Source of the DNA: Promethearchaeota archaeon
GTDB lineage: Archaea > Asgardarchaeota > Lokiarchaeia > Sigyniarchaeales > SOKP01
Direction: 5' to 3'
Assembly (NCBI GenBank): GCA_048938005.1
Contig: JBHLMQ010000001.1
Coordinates: 96,001 to 160,000, forward strand
Length of the DNA: 64,000 bases
Position numbers and translations under genes: made by a program. Positions 28,280 through 38,574 of this stretch are shown in pieces. The stretch's first letter is position 1, and the number at the start of each line of letters is the position of its first letter. A model generated the notes under the pieces. The model made no database searches and was not told the origin of the DNA. It saw nothing but the letters and a program-made list of their open reading frames with translations.

Positions 28280-29473
28280 CTAAAATTCATCCAATATGTA
28301 AGCAAAAATTCTCCCATCATCATGACAACTAAATAAAAATCTATTTTCTATAAGGAATTGAATTTTGTTTATACATGAATAATGATTTTTATTAAAAAGG
28401 ATTTTTCCTATTTGTTCTTCGATAATAATGAGCTCCCCTTTAGTTGTACCAACAAGAATAAGAGACATGTCAGGAATTTCTATAAATTTCAGAAATTCAA
28501 TATTGTATCCTTTTAATTCCCATTTTACATCGAGAAATTCATTTAGACAGATGAGTTTTGAAGTAAATTTTACATTCTCAATCGGTATTGAGTTATCAAA
28601 ATAAGCAAACGAATAAGTACTTACAATCGCATTATTGAAAATTTGAAATGGGTATGATATACATTTCCATACAGAGTCATTGAATTCCTTGGTTTTAAGT
28701 TCTTTTTGTGTCTTTTTATTTATGAAATGTAATCTCATATCATCGCCACCACATAATATAACTAATCCATCAATTGAATTTATATACGAAATACATCGCA
28801 TCTTATTAGAAAATCTTTTAAACCACAATAGTTTTCCATTATTTCCATCAAAATTTCTGATTGTTCCATCATTTCCACATGCTAATATTTCTTTTTTATT
28901 TAGGTTTTTATCATCTAAGAAAACAATCGCATCACCAATTCCCTCTTCAAAAATTTGCCCCCATACTAAATTACCATCTAATGGATTTAAGGTTCTCATA
29001 GTTTTATCAAGTGAAAACGCGATTAATTCATCTAAATTATCATTATTTATATCATCAATAAGGATTCCACTAAGTGAAGCACCAAATTTATGGTTCCAGA
29101 AAGGATTCAAACTATATGTAATGTTAGGTTTAAATACTCTTAATATACCATCCATTCCACCCAAAATTAATTCATTTTCACCATCTTTATCAATATCATA
29201 TATTCTTGAGTGCCAAATTGGAGAACCTTTCGAAATCAGTTCTTTATATAATAATTTACCTTTTAAAGAAATGATTAATACCATTCCACCTTTTGTAATA
29301 GCAATGATCTCTATCTGCCCGTTATTATTAATATCACCTAATTCAATACCTAGAATAGGTTCATTATATTTGAAATTCCAGAGTTCTTTAACTTTCAAGG
29401 TGATTTGATAATTTGATATTAAAAGATTTGCTATAGTTTTAAAGAAGTACAAATAGTTGATAACTTTTCTCAA
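28280..29473 (-). CDS. FG-GAP/WD40-like beta-propeller protein
   Basis: Repeated DINNNGQIEI, DIDKDGENELILGG.DG, DINNDNLDEL. Confidence 0.75.
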   Translation of the reverse strand: MRKVINYLYFFKTIANLLISNYQITLKVKELWNFKYNEPILGIELGDINNNGQIEIIAITKGGMVLIISLKGKLLYKELISKGSPIWHSRIYDIDKDGENELILGGMDGILRVFKPNITYSLNPFWNHKFGASLSGILIDDINNDNLDELIAFSLDKTMRTLNPLDGNLVWGQIFEEGIGDAIVFLDDKNLNKKEILACGNDGTIRNFDGNNGKLLWFKRFSNKMRCISYINSIDGLVILCGGDDMRLHFINKKTQKELKTKEFNDSVWKCISYPFQIFNNAIVSTYSFAYFDNSIPIENVKFTSKLICLNEFLDVKWELKGYNIEFLKFIEIPDMSLILVGTTKGELIIIEEQIGKILFNKNHYSCINKIQFLIENRFLFSCHDDGRIFAYILDEF

Positions 29474-29575
29474 TAAAAACGAAATTTATATTTTTTATTT
29501 TATTATCAAATATAGGATTATTATAAAATAATCAAAATTTAGAAAATATAAATAATAATTGAAAGGAGAAAAAAA

Positions 29576-29773
29576 ATGTCTTTTGACATTAAAATTGATA
29601 TGGATGCTTGTACTGGTTGTGGCACTTGTTACGAGGTGTGCCCTAGTGAATGTTTTGGGGAACCAGAGGGGGACAAGGTTAACGTTATTGAAGAAAACAG
29701 AGAAGATTGCACAGGATGTCGAGCATGCGAAACTCAATGTCCTGAGGAAGCCATAGAAATTATCGAGAATTAG
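29576..29773 (+). CDS. 2[4Fe-4S] ferredoxin, copy 1
   Basis: CTGCGTCYEVCP and CTGCRACETQCP. Confidence 0.95.
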   Translation: MSFDIKIDMDACTGCGTCYEVCPSECFGEPEGDKVNVIEENREDCTGCRACETQCPEEAIEIIEN

Positions 29774-29963
29774 ATTACATCTTAACTTTTTTCTTTTTTT
29801 TATTCTAAGAATAATAACTCTTCTATTATAATCAAAATATATATCTTATTTACGTTTAAAAGTTCATTTTAAAAGTTTTTTTTCTAATATAAAAATGAAA
29901 TTTAAATCATTTACTTAATTTATTATGAATAGACAATATTAAGATGTGATAAGGTTAAGTAAT

Positions 29964-30161
29964 ATGTCTTTTGAGATTAAAATTGATATGGATGCTTGTT
30001 CTGGTTGCGGCACTTGTTACGAAGTATGCCCGAGTGAATGTTTTGGAGAACCAGAGGGGGACAAGGTTAATGTTATTGAAGAAAATAGAGAAGATTGTGT
30101 AGGTTGTAGGGCATGCGAGACTCAATGTCCTGAAGAGGCAATCGAAATAATAGAAAATTAG
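29964..30161 (+). CDS. 2[4Fe-4S] ferredoxin, copy 2 (tandem duplicate)
   Basis: CSGCGTCYEVCP and CVGCRACETQCP; 62/65 aa identical to copy 1. Confidence 0.95.
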   Translation: MSFEIKIDMDACSGCGTCYEVCPSECFGEPEGDKVNVIEENREDCVGCRACETQCPEEAIEIIEN

Positions 30162-30263
30162 GATTCAAGAATAAACTAATTTGATACTTATTTTTTTTTA
30201 TTTTTTTGTTTAAAAAAAGCTTTTTTATGAAAGTATTGATTTCTTTTAAGGTATTTCTATAAA

Positions 30264-31547
30264 TTAAAAATCTGCGCAAAGAAAAACTATTATTTCTTTG
30301 ATTAAAGTCTTAATATCTCTTATTCTTACAAATTCATTTACTCCATGTGTATTTGAAATTGCAGATTCTACTCCTGTAAAAATTACATCATCTGAGTTTA
30401 AAATCTGAGCAATATATCCCATATCTGACGATTCAGCAGTTCCAATTGTTTGGATATCATCCTCTTTTATATTCTCTACTAATGAAATTGTTTTTTTCCA
30501 TCGTTTTATGCTTGAAGTTTCAGGATTTATTTTTAAAGGGGGATTATCATAATTAAATGTTGTATTAACTTGTAAAGCTTTGCTTTGAGCTTTTCCTCTT
30601 TCAATAGCTTCTAATAATTCCTGTTTGACTTCTTCATAGTCCTCGTCAGGAATAATTCGACGATTTATGATTAATTGGCAATATCCAGGAATAATATTTT
30701 CCTTTTCCCCGGATTTTATGATAACAAGACTGAACATTGGTCTTAAGTTTTTGTGAGTTCTCTCTCTTGGATCTCCTGGGATATCTTTGCTCCTTCGCTT
30801 TTCGACAATTTTTTTTAATTTCATAAGTTCGTTTAAGATTGGAATCATTTCTTCTAAAGCATTAATACCAAGAAAATTTCTTCCAGAATGACTACTTTTT
30901 CCTATGGTTTCAATAATAACATTTAAATCACCAGCAGTACCTATAGCAATTAAAGGAATTATTACTCCATCCATGCAAAACATAGTTCCATTGATATAAC
31001 CTTTTTCTGCTAGGTAACGGACTCCTGGATATACTCCAACTTCTTCATCGGTGCAATTCAAAACTTCGATATTAAATTTCGGTCGTAGGTTTAATTTATT
31101 AATTAATTGTAATGCTAAAATCAAGCACGCCATACTGCCTTTCATATCAGCTGTGCCACGCCCATAAATTCTTCCACTTTTTGTTAATGTAGCTTCAAAA
31201 GGATGATAACGCCATTTTTTCTCTCCTTTATCAAATGCAGGAACAACATCCATATGTCCATAAAAAGTGATAAAAGCTTTCTGATTATAGTCTTTAGTAG
31301 CAACAAGATTTATTCGAGGGCCATTTAGAGGATAAGGAATCTGTTTAATAATTTCTTCTGGAACTATTATTTCTCTCAGTGAAAATCCTAATTCTCTAAA
31401 ATATGGTGAAATGGCGTCGATATATTCTCGATAGGAATTACCAGGAGGTACAGATGTATCAATTCTAATTAATGTTCTCATTAATTCCATGATACAATCC
31501 AAATCTAGACTTTCCACAGCCTCAAGAATTTTATTTAGATTAACCAT
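30264..31547 (-). CDS. M20 metallohydrolase (ArgE/DapE family)
   Basis: GHMDVVP, YGRGTADMKG, TDEEVG, HGVNE. Confidence 0.9.
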   Translation of the reverse strand: MVNLNKILEAVESLDLDCIMELMRTLIRIDTSVPPGNSYREYIDAISPYFRELGFSLREIIVPEEIIKQIPYPLNGPRINLVATKDYNQKAFITFYGHMDVVPAFDKGEKKWRYHPFEATLTKSGRIYGRGTADMKGSMACLILALQLINKLNLRPKFNIEVLNCTDEEVGVYPGVRYLAEKGYINGTMFCMDGVIIPLIAIGTAGDLNVIIETIGKSSHSGRNFLGINALEEMIPILNELMKLKKIVEKRRSKDIPGDPRERTHKNLRPMFSLVIIKSGEKENIIPGYCQLIINRRIIPDEDYEEVKQELLEAIERGKAQSKALQVNTTFNYDNPPLKINPETSSIKRWKKTISLVENIKEDDIQTIGTAESSDMGYIAQILNSDDVIFTGVESAISNTHGVNEFVRIRDIKTLIKEIIVFLCADF

Positions 31548-31663
31548 TTTTCCAATAATATTGTATTTTTGTTACTTAGAATAAAGTTGAATATTATAAA
31601 ATTTGCTCCAAAAACAAGATATAATAAATTATTAAGGATCTTTAATAGTAAAGTAATGAGAAT

Positions 31664-32788
31664 TTACCATAATAATATTCGACCACATTTCTTACATGTT
31701 CCTTCATTAATTTGTGAATTAAGACAATTTTCATGGTATGTGGCCTTACAAGTTTGACACATATAAATTTTTCCCTTATATTCAGTAAAATCGTATCCAC
31801 AATAAATACATTCAATAGTATAGGAGAAATTAGGGCTATTCACATTTGCTTCAGTTATTTGGGAGGTTTCTGTTAAACTACTCCCTCCAGTAGCAGGTGT
31901 TAAGTAATTAGTTTGTTGAGGTGGTGATACCCATTGTTCTTCTAAGGGAGGTTGATATTGTTGGTGAGGTTGAGGCGATTGCCAATTAGAAACATATCCA
32001 GGAGTTGGTTTTTTTGAAATTCCCATTTTTTGGGATACTTTCTCATCTAAAATGTTTGTTAAAATTAGAGCAGAGGCATATTTACCTTTAGCTCCACCTT
32101 TCTGTAAATGGGTATGGCTAATCATGTGGATTACCCGCCCCCCTACTTTTCCATAATCAAACTCTACAAGTACAGGGGATTCTCCCCATTTATTTTGAAT
32201 TTCCCATGAGCCAATTAGCACTCTTACGGCTTGATTGTTTATAATTTGTATTGGAAAAGATCGTGTTTCCAACCACCAACGAAATTCACTTTTCTTTGTT
32301 TTTTTAGTAGTCTGTTTTTGCCACTTACTTTGTTGAATTTCACTTAATACTCCCTCTAAAAATGGGTGATTTGGTTCAATAATTTGACATGCAACAACAG
32401 CATCGGCGGTTTTTGCGTGATTCCAACGTATGTAGCCAGGAAAAATATTTTCAATTATACTTCGTATAGCCCAATCAGTTGTGATTAGCCATCCTCCATT
32501 CATTACAAAATTTCTAATTTTAGGATGAGAGGCACTTGGGACATCACTACCAGGACATCCTATAAGTATAACATCGTACTGAGACAAATCTTCTTTCATA
32601 ATTTCTTTTTCTCTGATTACCTTCTTTAACGATGCATACATATGCTCAATCACCTTTTTAGGTTTTTCATATTTTCCACTTACGGCAAGGATTTTTCCGT
32701 GTTTTTCAACAGCTTGCACAACATCTTTTTTATTCAATGCTTCCATTTTACGTTTCTTTACTTCTGAATAGAGATCTTTCCAACTCAT
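31664..32788 (-). CDS. GATase-like domain, P/Q-rich linker and C-terminal C4HC3 RING/PHD-like finger
   Basis: YDVILIGCPG..FVMNGGWLITTDWA; CIYC..CQTC....H..C..CKKC. Confidence 0.6.
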   Translation of the reverse strand: MSWKDLYSEVKKRKMEALNKKDVVQAVEKHGKILAVSGKYEKPKKVIEHMYASLKKVIREKEIMKEDLSQYDVILIGCPGSDVPSASHPKIRNFVMNGGWLITTDWAIRSIIENIFPGYIRWNHAKTADAVVACQIIEPNHPFLEGVLSEIQQSKWQKQTTKKTKKSEFRWWLETRSFPIQIINNQAVRVLIGSWEIQNKWGESPVLVEFDYGKVGGRVIHMISHTHLQKGGAKGKYASALILTNILDEKVSQKMGISKKPTPGYVSNWQSPQPHQQYQPPLEEQWVSPPQQTNYLTPATGGSSLTETSQITEANVNSPNFSYTIECIYCGYDFTEYKGKIYMCQTCKATYHENCLNSQINEGTCKKCGRILLW

Positions 32789-32884
32789 TTAACCAGCCTT
32801 TAAATAAAGTTATAAGGAATTTAGTGTTATTTTATAATTATTATAATTGAATTAATATTTATATTTTGATTAGGAGGGATAATT

Positions 32885-34381
32885 TTGCTAAATTTAAAAG
32901 ATTTAGGACAACCTTCCGAATTTTGGGAATATTTTGAAAAAATTTCTAAAATCCCTCGATGTTCTGGGCATGAAGATAAAATAAGAATTTTTATAAAGGA
33001 AGAAGCAGAGAGATTGGGTTTCAAGACTAAGACTGATACGGGAGGAAATCTAATAATAATAATTCCAGCAAAATCAAAAAAAAAATCAAAAGGAGTTTTA
33101 CAATGCCATATGGATATGGTATGTGAAAAGAATGAATCTACCATCCATGATTTTTCAAAAGATCCATTGAAATTAAAAATTGAAGAAATTACAAATGAGA
33201 AATGGCTTACGGCTGAGGGGACTACTCTAGGAGCTGATAATGGTGTAGGGATATGTTATTTATTAACTCTAATGAGAAAGATTCATAAGAAGGAATTAGA
33301 TTTTGATATATTGGAGCTATATTTATTATTTACTGTTGATGAAGAACGAGGTTTAAGAGGAGCATTCGAAATCGATGAGAAATTTATAGAGGGAAATTTT
33401 TTAATTAATCTCGATTCTGAAGAAGATAATGCTGTAACTATTGGTTGTGCTGGTGGGATTGTTACAATATATGAAATCAAAACAGAGAAAATAGATTTAA
33501 ATCAAATCAATGAAACGTTCATACCGTTAAAAGTTTTTATTTCGGGCTTATTAGGAGGACACTCAGGAGTTGATATTCATCTAGGTCGAGGAAATGCCCT
33601 AAAAATTATTAGTCAAATTCTTTGGAGAATAAACAATAAATTTTCGATTCGAATTTGCTCTATCGACGGAGGTAATAGAACTAATGCAATTCCAAGAGAA
33701 GTGAGCACTGTTTTTTATATTGAGAAGAAAAAATATTTGGAAATATCAAATTTTATTAGATATCTTTTTAATGAGATTAAAGTAGTGTTTGAAAGTATTG
33801 AACCGGACTTACAAATATCAATTGATAAGTTGGAAAATTTCTCTGACATTAAGGTCCTTACAAAGGAAGTTCAAGAGGAGTTATTAAACGTTATGTATTT
33901 AATGCCCTGTGGTCCTCTCTCTATGCATCCCCGAATCAAAGATTTAGTATTTAATTCAACAAATTTTGCTGTAATTAAGACTAAAAAAGAGTATATTGAA
34001 ATTAAATTGAGTCAAAGAAGTCTAAGTGAATATTTTAAAAATGTAATTTGGGAGAAAGTGAAAACTTTGTTTAATTTAAGTAATTTAAAAATAAATCTCT
34101 TTATTGATAGTGATTATCCCGGGTGGATACCAAATTTTGAATCGACACTTCTATCAAAATGTAAAGAAGTCTATAAGGATCTGTTTAATGAAGAAATGGA
34201 AATTAAGGCTATTCATGCTGGTTTAGAGTGTGGAATTCTAAAAAAAAAGTTTCCTCAAATGGAAATGATTTCAATTGGCCCTACAAGTGAAGGTGGACAT
34301 TCACCAGATGAGCGCTTACTTATTAAATCTGTTGAAAAAGTTTGGAAATTATTAACTTTATTACTTGAAAAGTTAAGTTAA
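32885..34381 (+). CDS. pepD: Aminoacyl-histidine dipeptidase (M20C)
   Basis: QCHMDMVCEK, TTLGADNG, NLDSEED, IHAGLECG. Confidence 0.92.
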   Translation: MLNLKDLGQPSEFWEYFEKISKIPRCSGHEDKIRIFIKEEAERLGFKTKTDTGGNLIIIIPAKSKKKSKGVLQCHMDMVCEKNESTIHDFSKDPLKLKIEEITNEKWLTAEGTTLGADNGVGICYLLTLMRKIHKKELDFDILELYLLFTVDEERGLRGAFEIDEKFIEGNFLINLDSEEDNAVTIGCAGGIVTIYEIKTEKIDLNQINETFIPLKVFISGLLGGHSGVDIHLGRGNALKIISQILWRINNKFSIRICSIDGGNRTNAIPREVSTVFYIEKKKYLEISNFIRYLFNEIKVVFESIEPDLQISIDKLENFSDIKVLTKEVQEELLNVMYLMPCGPLSMHPRIKDLVFNSTNFAVIKTKKEYIEIKLSQRSLSEYFKNVIWEKVKTLFNLSNLKINLFIDSDYPGWIPNFESTLLSKCKEVYKDLFNEEMEIKAIHAGLECGILKKKFPQMEMISIGPTSEGGHSPDERLLIKSVEKVWKLLTLLLEKLS

Positions 34382-34450
34382 GATATAATAGTTTATAAAA
34401 AACTATTTAAAAAAATTAATAAATTTAATTTAATAATTATACAATAGTTT

Positions 34451-34957
34451 ATGCAAAAAGATACGACTAAGAAAGAGGAAATTATAGGTTCTGAAACATT
34501 TATGGAAAAAATTAGAAGCAGAACACCTTGGATTTTTGGAAATTCATTAAGAAAACCAAAAATTAGTTTTCCTAAATTTAGACTTCCAAAAATTTCTCTT
34601 CCTATGCCATCAAGATCATTAAGTATGGTAATTATCTTAATAGCATTGTTTATTCTTCAGACAGGTGTAGTTTATTTAATAGTTCGAGAACCTCCGGCAC
34701 TAGGGGCAACTCAGAGGGGTGATCCTATTTTTATCTTCGTTGGTATTCATGAGAGTTTCATTATTGAAGGTATTGTTGCATCAATTTTAATTTTTTTTTG
34801 CTCCATGGGATTTATAATGCTATATCAAGCATCTAAATTTGTTTATAACAAAAAGATGGCAGTATGGATTTTAGTAATTGGAGTAATAATGATAATTATA
34901 ACATTTATAATGCTTCAATATATAATATCCGTAAAAGTGGGGGAACTTTCGCAGTAA
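34451..34957 (+). CDS. Oligosaccharyltransferase subunit OSTC/DC2 (OST3/OST6 family)-like
   Basis: GVVYLIVREPPALG...FIIEGIVAS...GFIML pattern; 3 TM. Confidence 0.75.
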   Translation: MQKDTTKKEEIIGSETFMEKIRSRTPWIFGNSLRKPKISFPKFRLPKISLPMPSRSLSMVIILIALFILQTGVVYLIVREPPALGATQRGDPIFIFVGIHESFIIEGIVASILIFFCSMGFIMLYQASKFVYNKKMAVWILVIGVIMIIITFIMLQYIISVKVGELSQ

Positions 34958-34974
34958 TTAGAAAAAAATCAGTT

Positions 34975-36120
34975 TTAATCGACTTTACATATTTTTAATT
35001 CATCATAATCCACGAGTACCTTATATAAACCTTTCAATTTCTTATCAAGTCCAGGATCTCTAGTATCTATCCTTAGTATCTGATTGGGAATATTATTCAA
35101 TTTATATTTGGTACAAACAATAATTAAATTTTTTATGCTTACAGTTCTCAATACTTTTGATGAGAATTGTAAATTACCTCTTCCGAAAAGAAATCCTTGG
35201 CGACCAGTTAAAGATATAATAATTTTAACTTTTTTTTTATCAATAAAGTCAAGGATTTGTCTCTCATTTAAATCATGAGCGATGATTTTCTTATTTAATA
35301 ATAAATCTATCCCTAAGAGCGTTTTTTTTTGATTTAAATGATCTGTAATCGCTTTTATGGTAGTTCCTGGACCTAACAAATAATAGACCTCTTTTTCAAG
35401 AATTTCAATAATTCTTTTCGCTATTCTTTCTTGATTACTTAAATCTGAAGCAGGAGTACCAATCTTAGAGGGTTGAGAACAATCTGGAACGTAAGGGGTC
35501 AACATATATCCATATAATTTTGAAATTAAATTTCCCTCTCTATATTTATTTTCGTCAATATCTAAGACCTCTGATTTTTTCAAAGGAATTTCACCATTTA
35601 AAAATTGAATAATAATTGAACTTGCTTTACTTGGATTTAAAGAAAAAACACCAGAAAAGACTTTAACTCCAGCAGGAATACCAAGGCATGGCTTTTCATT
35701 GTCAACAATTTTCAATATGTCTCGAGCAGTACCATCCCCTCCAACGAATAATATTAGACTTAAATTTTTATCATTCTTCATAATTTCTGAAGCTATTTCT
35801 GTATGTTGCGGGGTAGAATCCAAAATATCTTCCATTCTAGTGAAGATTTGATGGTTAATACAAGTGTAATCGAAATTCATTTCTTTTAAAACAGTCTCAC
35901 CCATTATTCCAGGACAAGTTAAGAATCTTAAATTAGACTTTATTGATTTCAATTCCTTTAATACTTCTCTTGCTCGATTGATGGAGTTAGGTTGAGCTCC
36001 TAATTCAATGGCTTTTAGTAAAATATCTTGTCCATCAGTGCCCTTCAATCCAACAGCCCCACCCATCCCTGAGATGGGATTTATTATTAGCCCTAAAATA
36101 AATTTATCAAGTGTTTCCAT
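34975..36120 (-). CDS. ATP-NAD kinase family protein
   Basis: NPISGMGGAVGLKGTDG, GGDGTARD, GIPAGVK, QGFLFGRGN. Confidence 0.85.
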   Translation of the reverse strand: METLDKFILGLIINPISGMGGAVGLKGTDGQDILLKAIELGAQPNSINRAREVLKELKSIKSNLRFLTCPGIMGETVLKEMNFDYTCINHQIFTRMEDILDSTPQHTEIASEIMKNDKNLSLILFVGGDGTARDILKIVDNEKPCLGIPAGVKVFSGVFSLNPSKASSIIIQFLNGEIPLKKSEVLDIDENKYREGNLISKLYGYMLTPYVPDCSQPSKIGTPASDLSNQERIAKRIIEILEKEVYYLLGPGTTIKAITDHLNQKKTLLGIDLLLNKKIIAHDLNERQILDFIDKKKVKIIISLTGRQGFLFGRGNLQFSSKVLRTVSIKNLIIVCTKYKLNNIPNQILRIDTRDPGLDKKLKGLYKVLVDYDELKICKVD

Positions 36121-36192
36121 AGAGACTCACTAAAAAAAAAAAGAAAAAGAAATTTAGTAAATAAGAGAACAATTCTTAATTAATTATATTTT

Positions 36193-36585
36193 TTACCCAA
36201 CAAATGAATTATATGCGGCTTCGTCTAACAAGTTCCCTTTTTCAGCATCCCAATTTGATGGCTCGATTTTAAACAGCCAGGCAGCAAAAGCATCTTCATT
36301 AATTTTTTCTGGTTCATCCATTAAATCTGAATTTACTTCAATTACATTGCCGCTTACTGGCGAATAAATGTCGCCTACTGCTTTACTTGATTCAACTGTG
36401 CAATCAATTGGATCGCTTGATGGTTCATCTCCATCCATTTTTACTTGTTCAAGCTCAGCACCTTCAAGCCCTTCTACATCAACAAAACTAATTTCTCCAA
36501 GCTGTTCTGCAGCATAAGGTGTGATTCCAACCATTTTTGTCCCATCATCAAACCATTGATGTGTTTTAGTAAACCATTTGGTCAT
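36193..36585 (-). CDS. gcvH: Glycine cleavage system H protein
   Basis: GITPYAAEQLG, VESSKAVGDIYSPVSG (lipoyl Lys). Confidence 0.92.
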   Translation of the reverse strand: MTKWFTKTHQWFDDGTKMVGITPYAAEQLGEISFVDVEGLEGAELEQVKMDGDEPSSDPIDCTVESSKAVGDIYSPVSGNVIEVNSDLMDEPEKINEDAFAAWLFKIEPSNWDAEKGNLLDEAAYNSFVG

Positions 36586-36714
36586 ATTTATCTAACTCTT
36601 TTTTAATTAATTTATAAATTACAATAATATTGAATTAAATAGTATGTTTTTATTAATTAAGGTAATAATTTAAAATTTTATTATTAAGTTTCTTAATTAG
36701 ATTAATTACAAAAT

Positions 36715-37557
36715 ATGGATTCTAATCTTAAGGATCAACTAAATTTCTATACCGAATTTAAGGATTGGTTTTTTCAAATAACTCATGATTTTAAATTTGA
36801 CTATAAAAAGGAATATGAAGCCCGCGATTACTTATCCCGTATCTTTTCGAAGAAAGATCAAAATTGGAAATTAAATAGCGTTTTGAATTTGTTTAAAGAA
36901 AGAATTTTATCAAAAACGACAATATTAATCTATGGATGTGGCCCATCCTTAGAAAATACAATCAATTTAATTTTGAAAAAAAAAGGGGTGAATTTTTTCG
37001 AAAATTTCATTAATTTAGCTGCCGACGGTGCTTCAATCCTATTAAGAGAAAGAGGTATTCAAATAGATGCAATCTTTACAGACTTAGATGGAATTACTAA
37101 AAATGAATTTCATTATGCTAGTTTTAATATAGTTCATGCTCACGGAGATAATATAGAAAAATTAAAATTTTTTGAAGATGAAATATTAAAATTTGAAAAT
37201 GTTATAGGAACAACCCAAATTGAACCGGTCAGAAGTTTAATAAATCCAGGAGGATTTACAGATGGAGATCGAATTCTATATTTTTTACGTACTTTATTAT
37301 CTCCATTTCATAAATTATTTCTTATAGGAATGGATTTTGGAAGTGTTCTTGGTAAATATTCAAAATTAGATACAAAAAAAAACCAAGAAGCGAGTTTAAT
37401 CAAACAAAAAAAACTTCAATATGCAAAAAAATTACTAAAATGGCTTAAAAACAAAATACAAAATGATCTTTACTTCGTTAATTCAGAGACTATTATAAAA
37501 GATTTTATAAATCTTTCAATAGAGGAATTTTTAAATATTTTTCATCCCCAATTCTAG
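36715..37557 (+). CDS. mptE: 6-hydroxymethyl-7,8-dihydropterin pyrophosphokinase (DUF115)
   Basis: GCGPSL, AADGA, TDLDG, HAHGDN, GGFTDGDR. Confidence 0.85.
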   Translation: MDSNLKDQLNFYTEFKDWFFQITHDFKFDYKKEYEARDYLSRIFSKKDQNWKLNSVLNLFKERILSKTTILIYGCGPSLENTINLILKKKGVNFFENFINLAADGASILLRERGIQIDAIFTDLDGITKNEFHYASFNIVHAHGDNIEKLKFFEDEILKFENVIGTTQIEPVRSLINPGGFTDGDRILYFLRTLLSPFHKLFLIGMDFGSVLGKYSKLDTKKNQEASLIKQKKLQYAKKLLKWLKNKIQNDLYFVNSETIIKDFINLSIEEFLNIFHPQF

Positions 37558-38381
37558 AATTTATAATCTTGAATTCCTGTAGCAGCTATTTTGTAGAGTA
37601 ATCTTTTTTCAGGAAGAATAAGAGAATTTACTATATGAGCATATCTTTTATTTTCACCTTTATAATCCAAATGAATATATTCTGAGAAAAAATGATTTAA
37701 TAATTGATTACCAATAGGTACCACCGGAATTGAAGTTCCTACTGTAAAAGTTGAGGTAACTTGTGCTGTTGCTATTGTAATTAGTTTAAATTTTTTTGTA
37801 AGCTCATTAACCTTCTTTAAAATCTTTAAAAAGGTCTTTTTAGCTGTATTGGAAGAAATCTTTTTATCAGCTAACTCAGAATTATAATGATTATTTATAG
37901 TATCAATAATGAGTATGCTCATATAGTTTAAATCGATAATATTTTCAAGTTCATCTAATACCAGTAATAAGGCAGAATTACTCATTATTTTAGATATTAA
38001 GATCTTTTTAAGAATTTTTTTATCATCAACGTTGGAAGTTTTTATTAGTTCTTTCAACCGTTCTGGGCGGAAAGTATTTTCTGTATCAAAATAATAGATA
38101 AATTGTTTATTCTTTTTTGATGGGATTATGTTAAATTTTGAGAATTGATTATAAGCTTGAACACATAATTGATGACATAATTGTGTTTTTCCAGTTTTAT
38201 TTGCTCCAAAGATCAAATATTTCTTGCCTAAGCGAAATCCTCCTCCTAATACTTCATCAAATTTATTTGCTCCTGAGGATAATAAAAAATCTTGATTTTT
38301 TTCTTTTTCAAATTGTTTAATAAATTTACTTATATTAACTATTTGATCATCTTTTATCTTTAGTAATTCACTTATAACCAT
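37554..38381 (-). CDS. RadA/Rad51 paralog
   Basis: DEVLGGG, Walker A GANKTGKTQLCHQL, DTENTFRPERL. Confidence 0.85.
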   Translation of the reverse strand: MVISELLKIKDDQIVNISKFIKQFEKEKNQDFLLSSGANKFDEVLGGGFRLGKKYLIFGANKTGKTQLCHQLCVQAYNQFSKFNIIPSKKNKQFIYYFDTENTFRPERLKELIKTSNVDDKKILKKILISKIMSNSALLLVLDELENIIDLNYMSILIIDTINNHYNSELADKKISSNTAKKTFLKILKKVNELTKKFKLITIATAQVTSTFTVGTSIPVVPIGNQLLNHFFSEYIHLDYKGENKRYAHIVNSLILPEKRLLYKIAATGIQDYKF

Positions 38382-38574
38382 TAGTTATAATTAATTTCTT
38401 TATTAGTTTAAATGCAATTAATAACTAGTCATTTAAAAAATAACGATTAAATTATAATAAGTATTAACAAAAACAAAAAATTAATTTTAAAATATTCATA
38501 AAGTTAAAATTATAATACCTTTAATTTTAGTGTTTTAAATTAATATATTGAGATAATCATTCATAATTATTAAA

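Noticed and set aside
29495-29756. ORFs 29495-29737 and 29559-29756
   Set aside because: Alternative-frame or antisense overlaps of the ferredoxin
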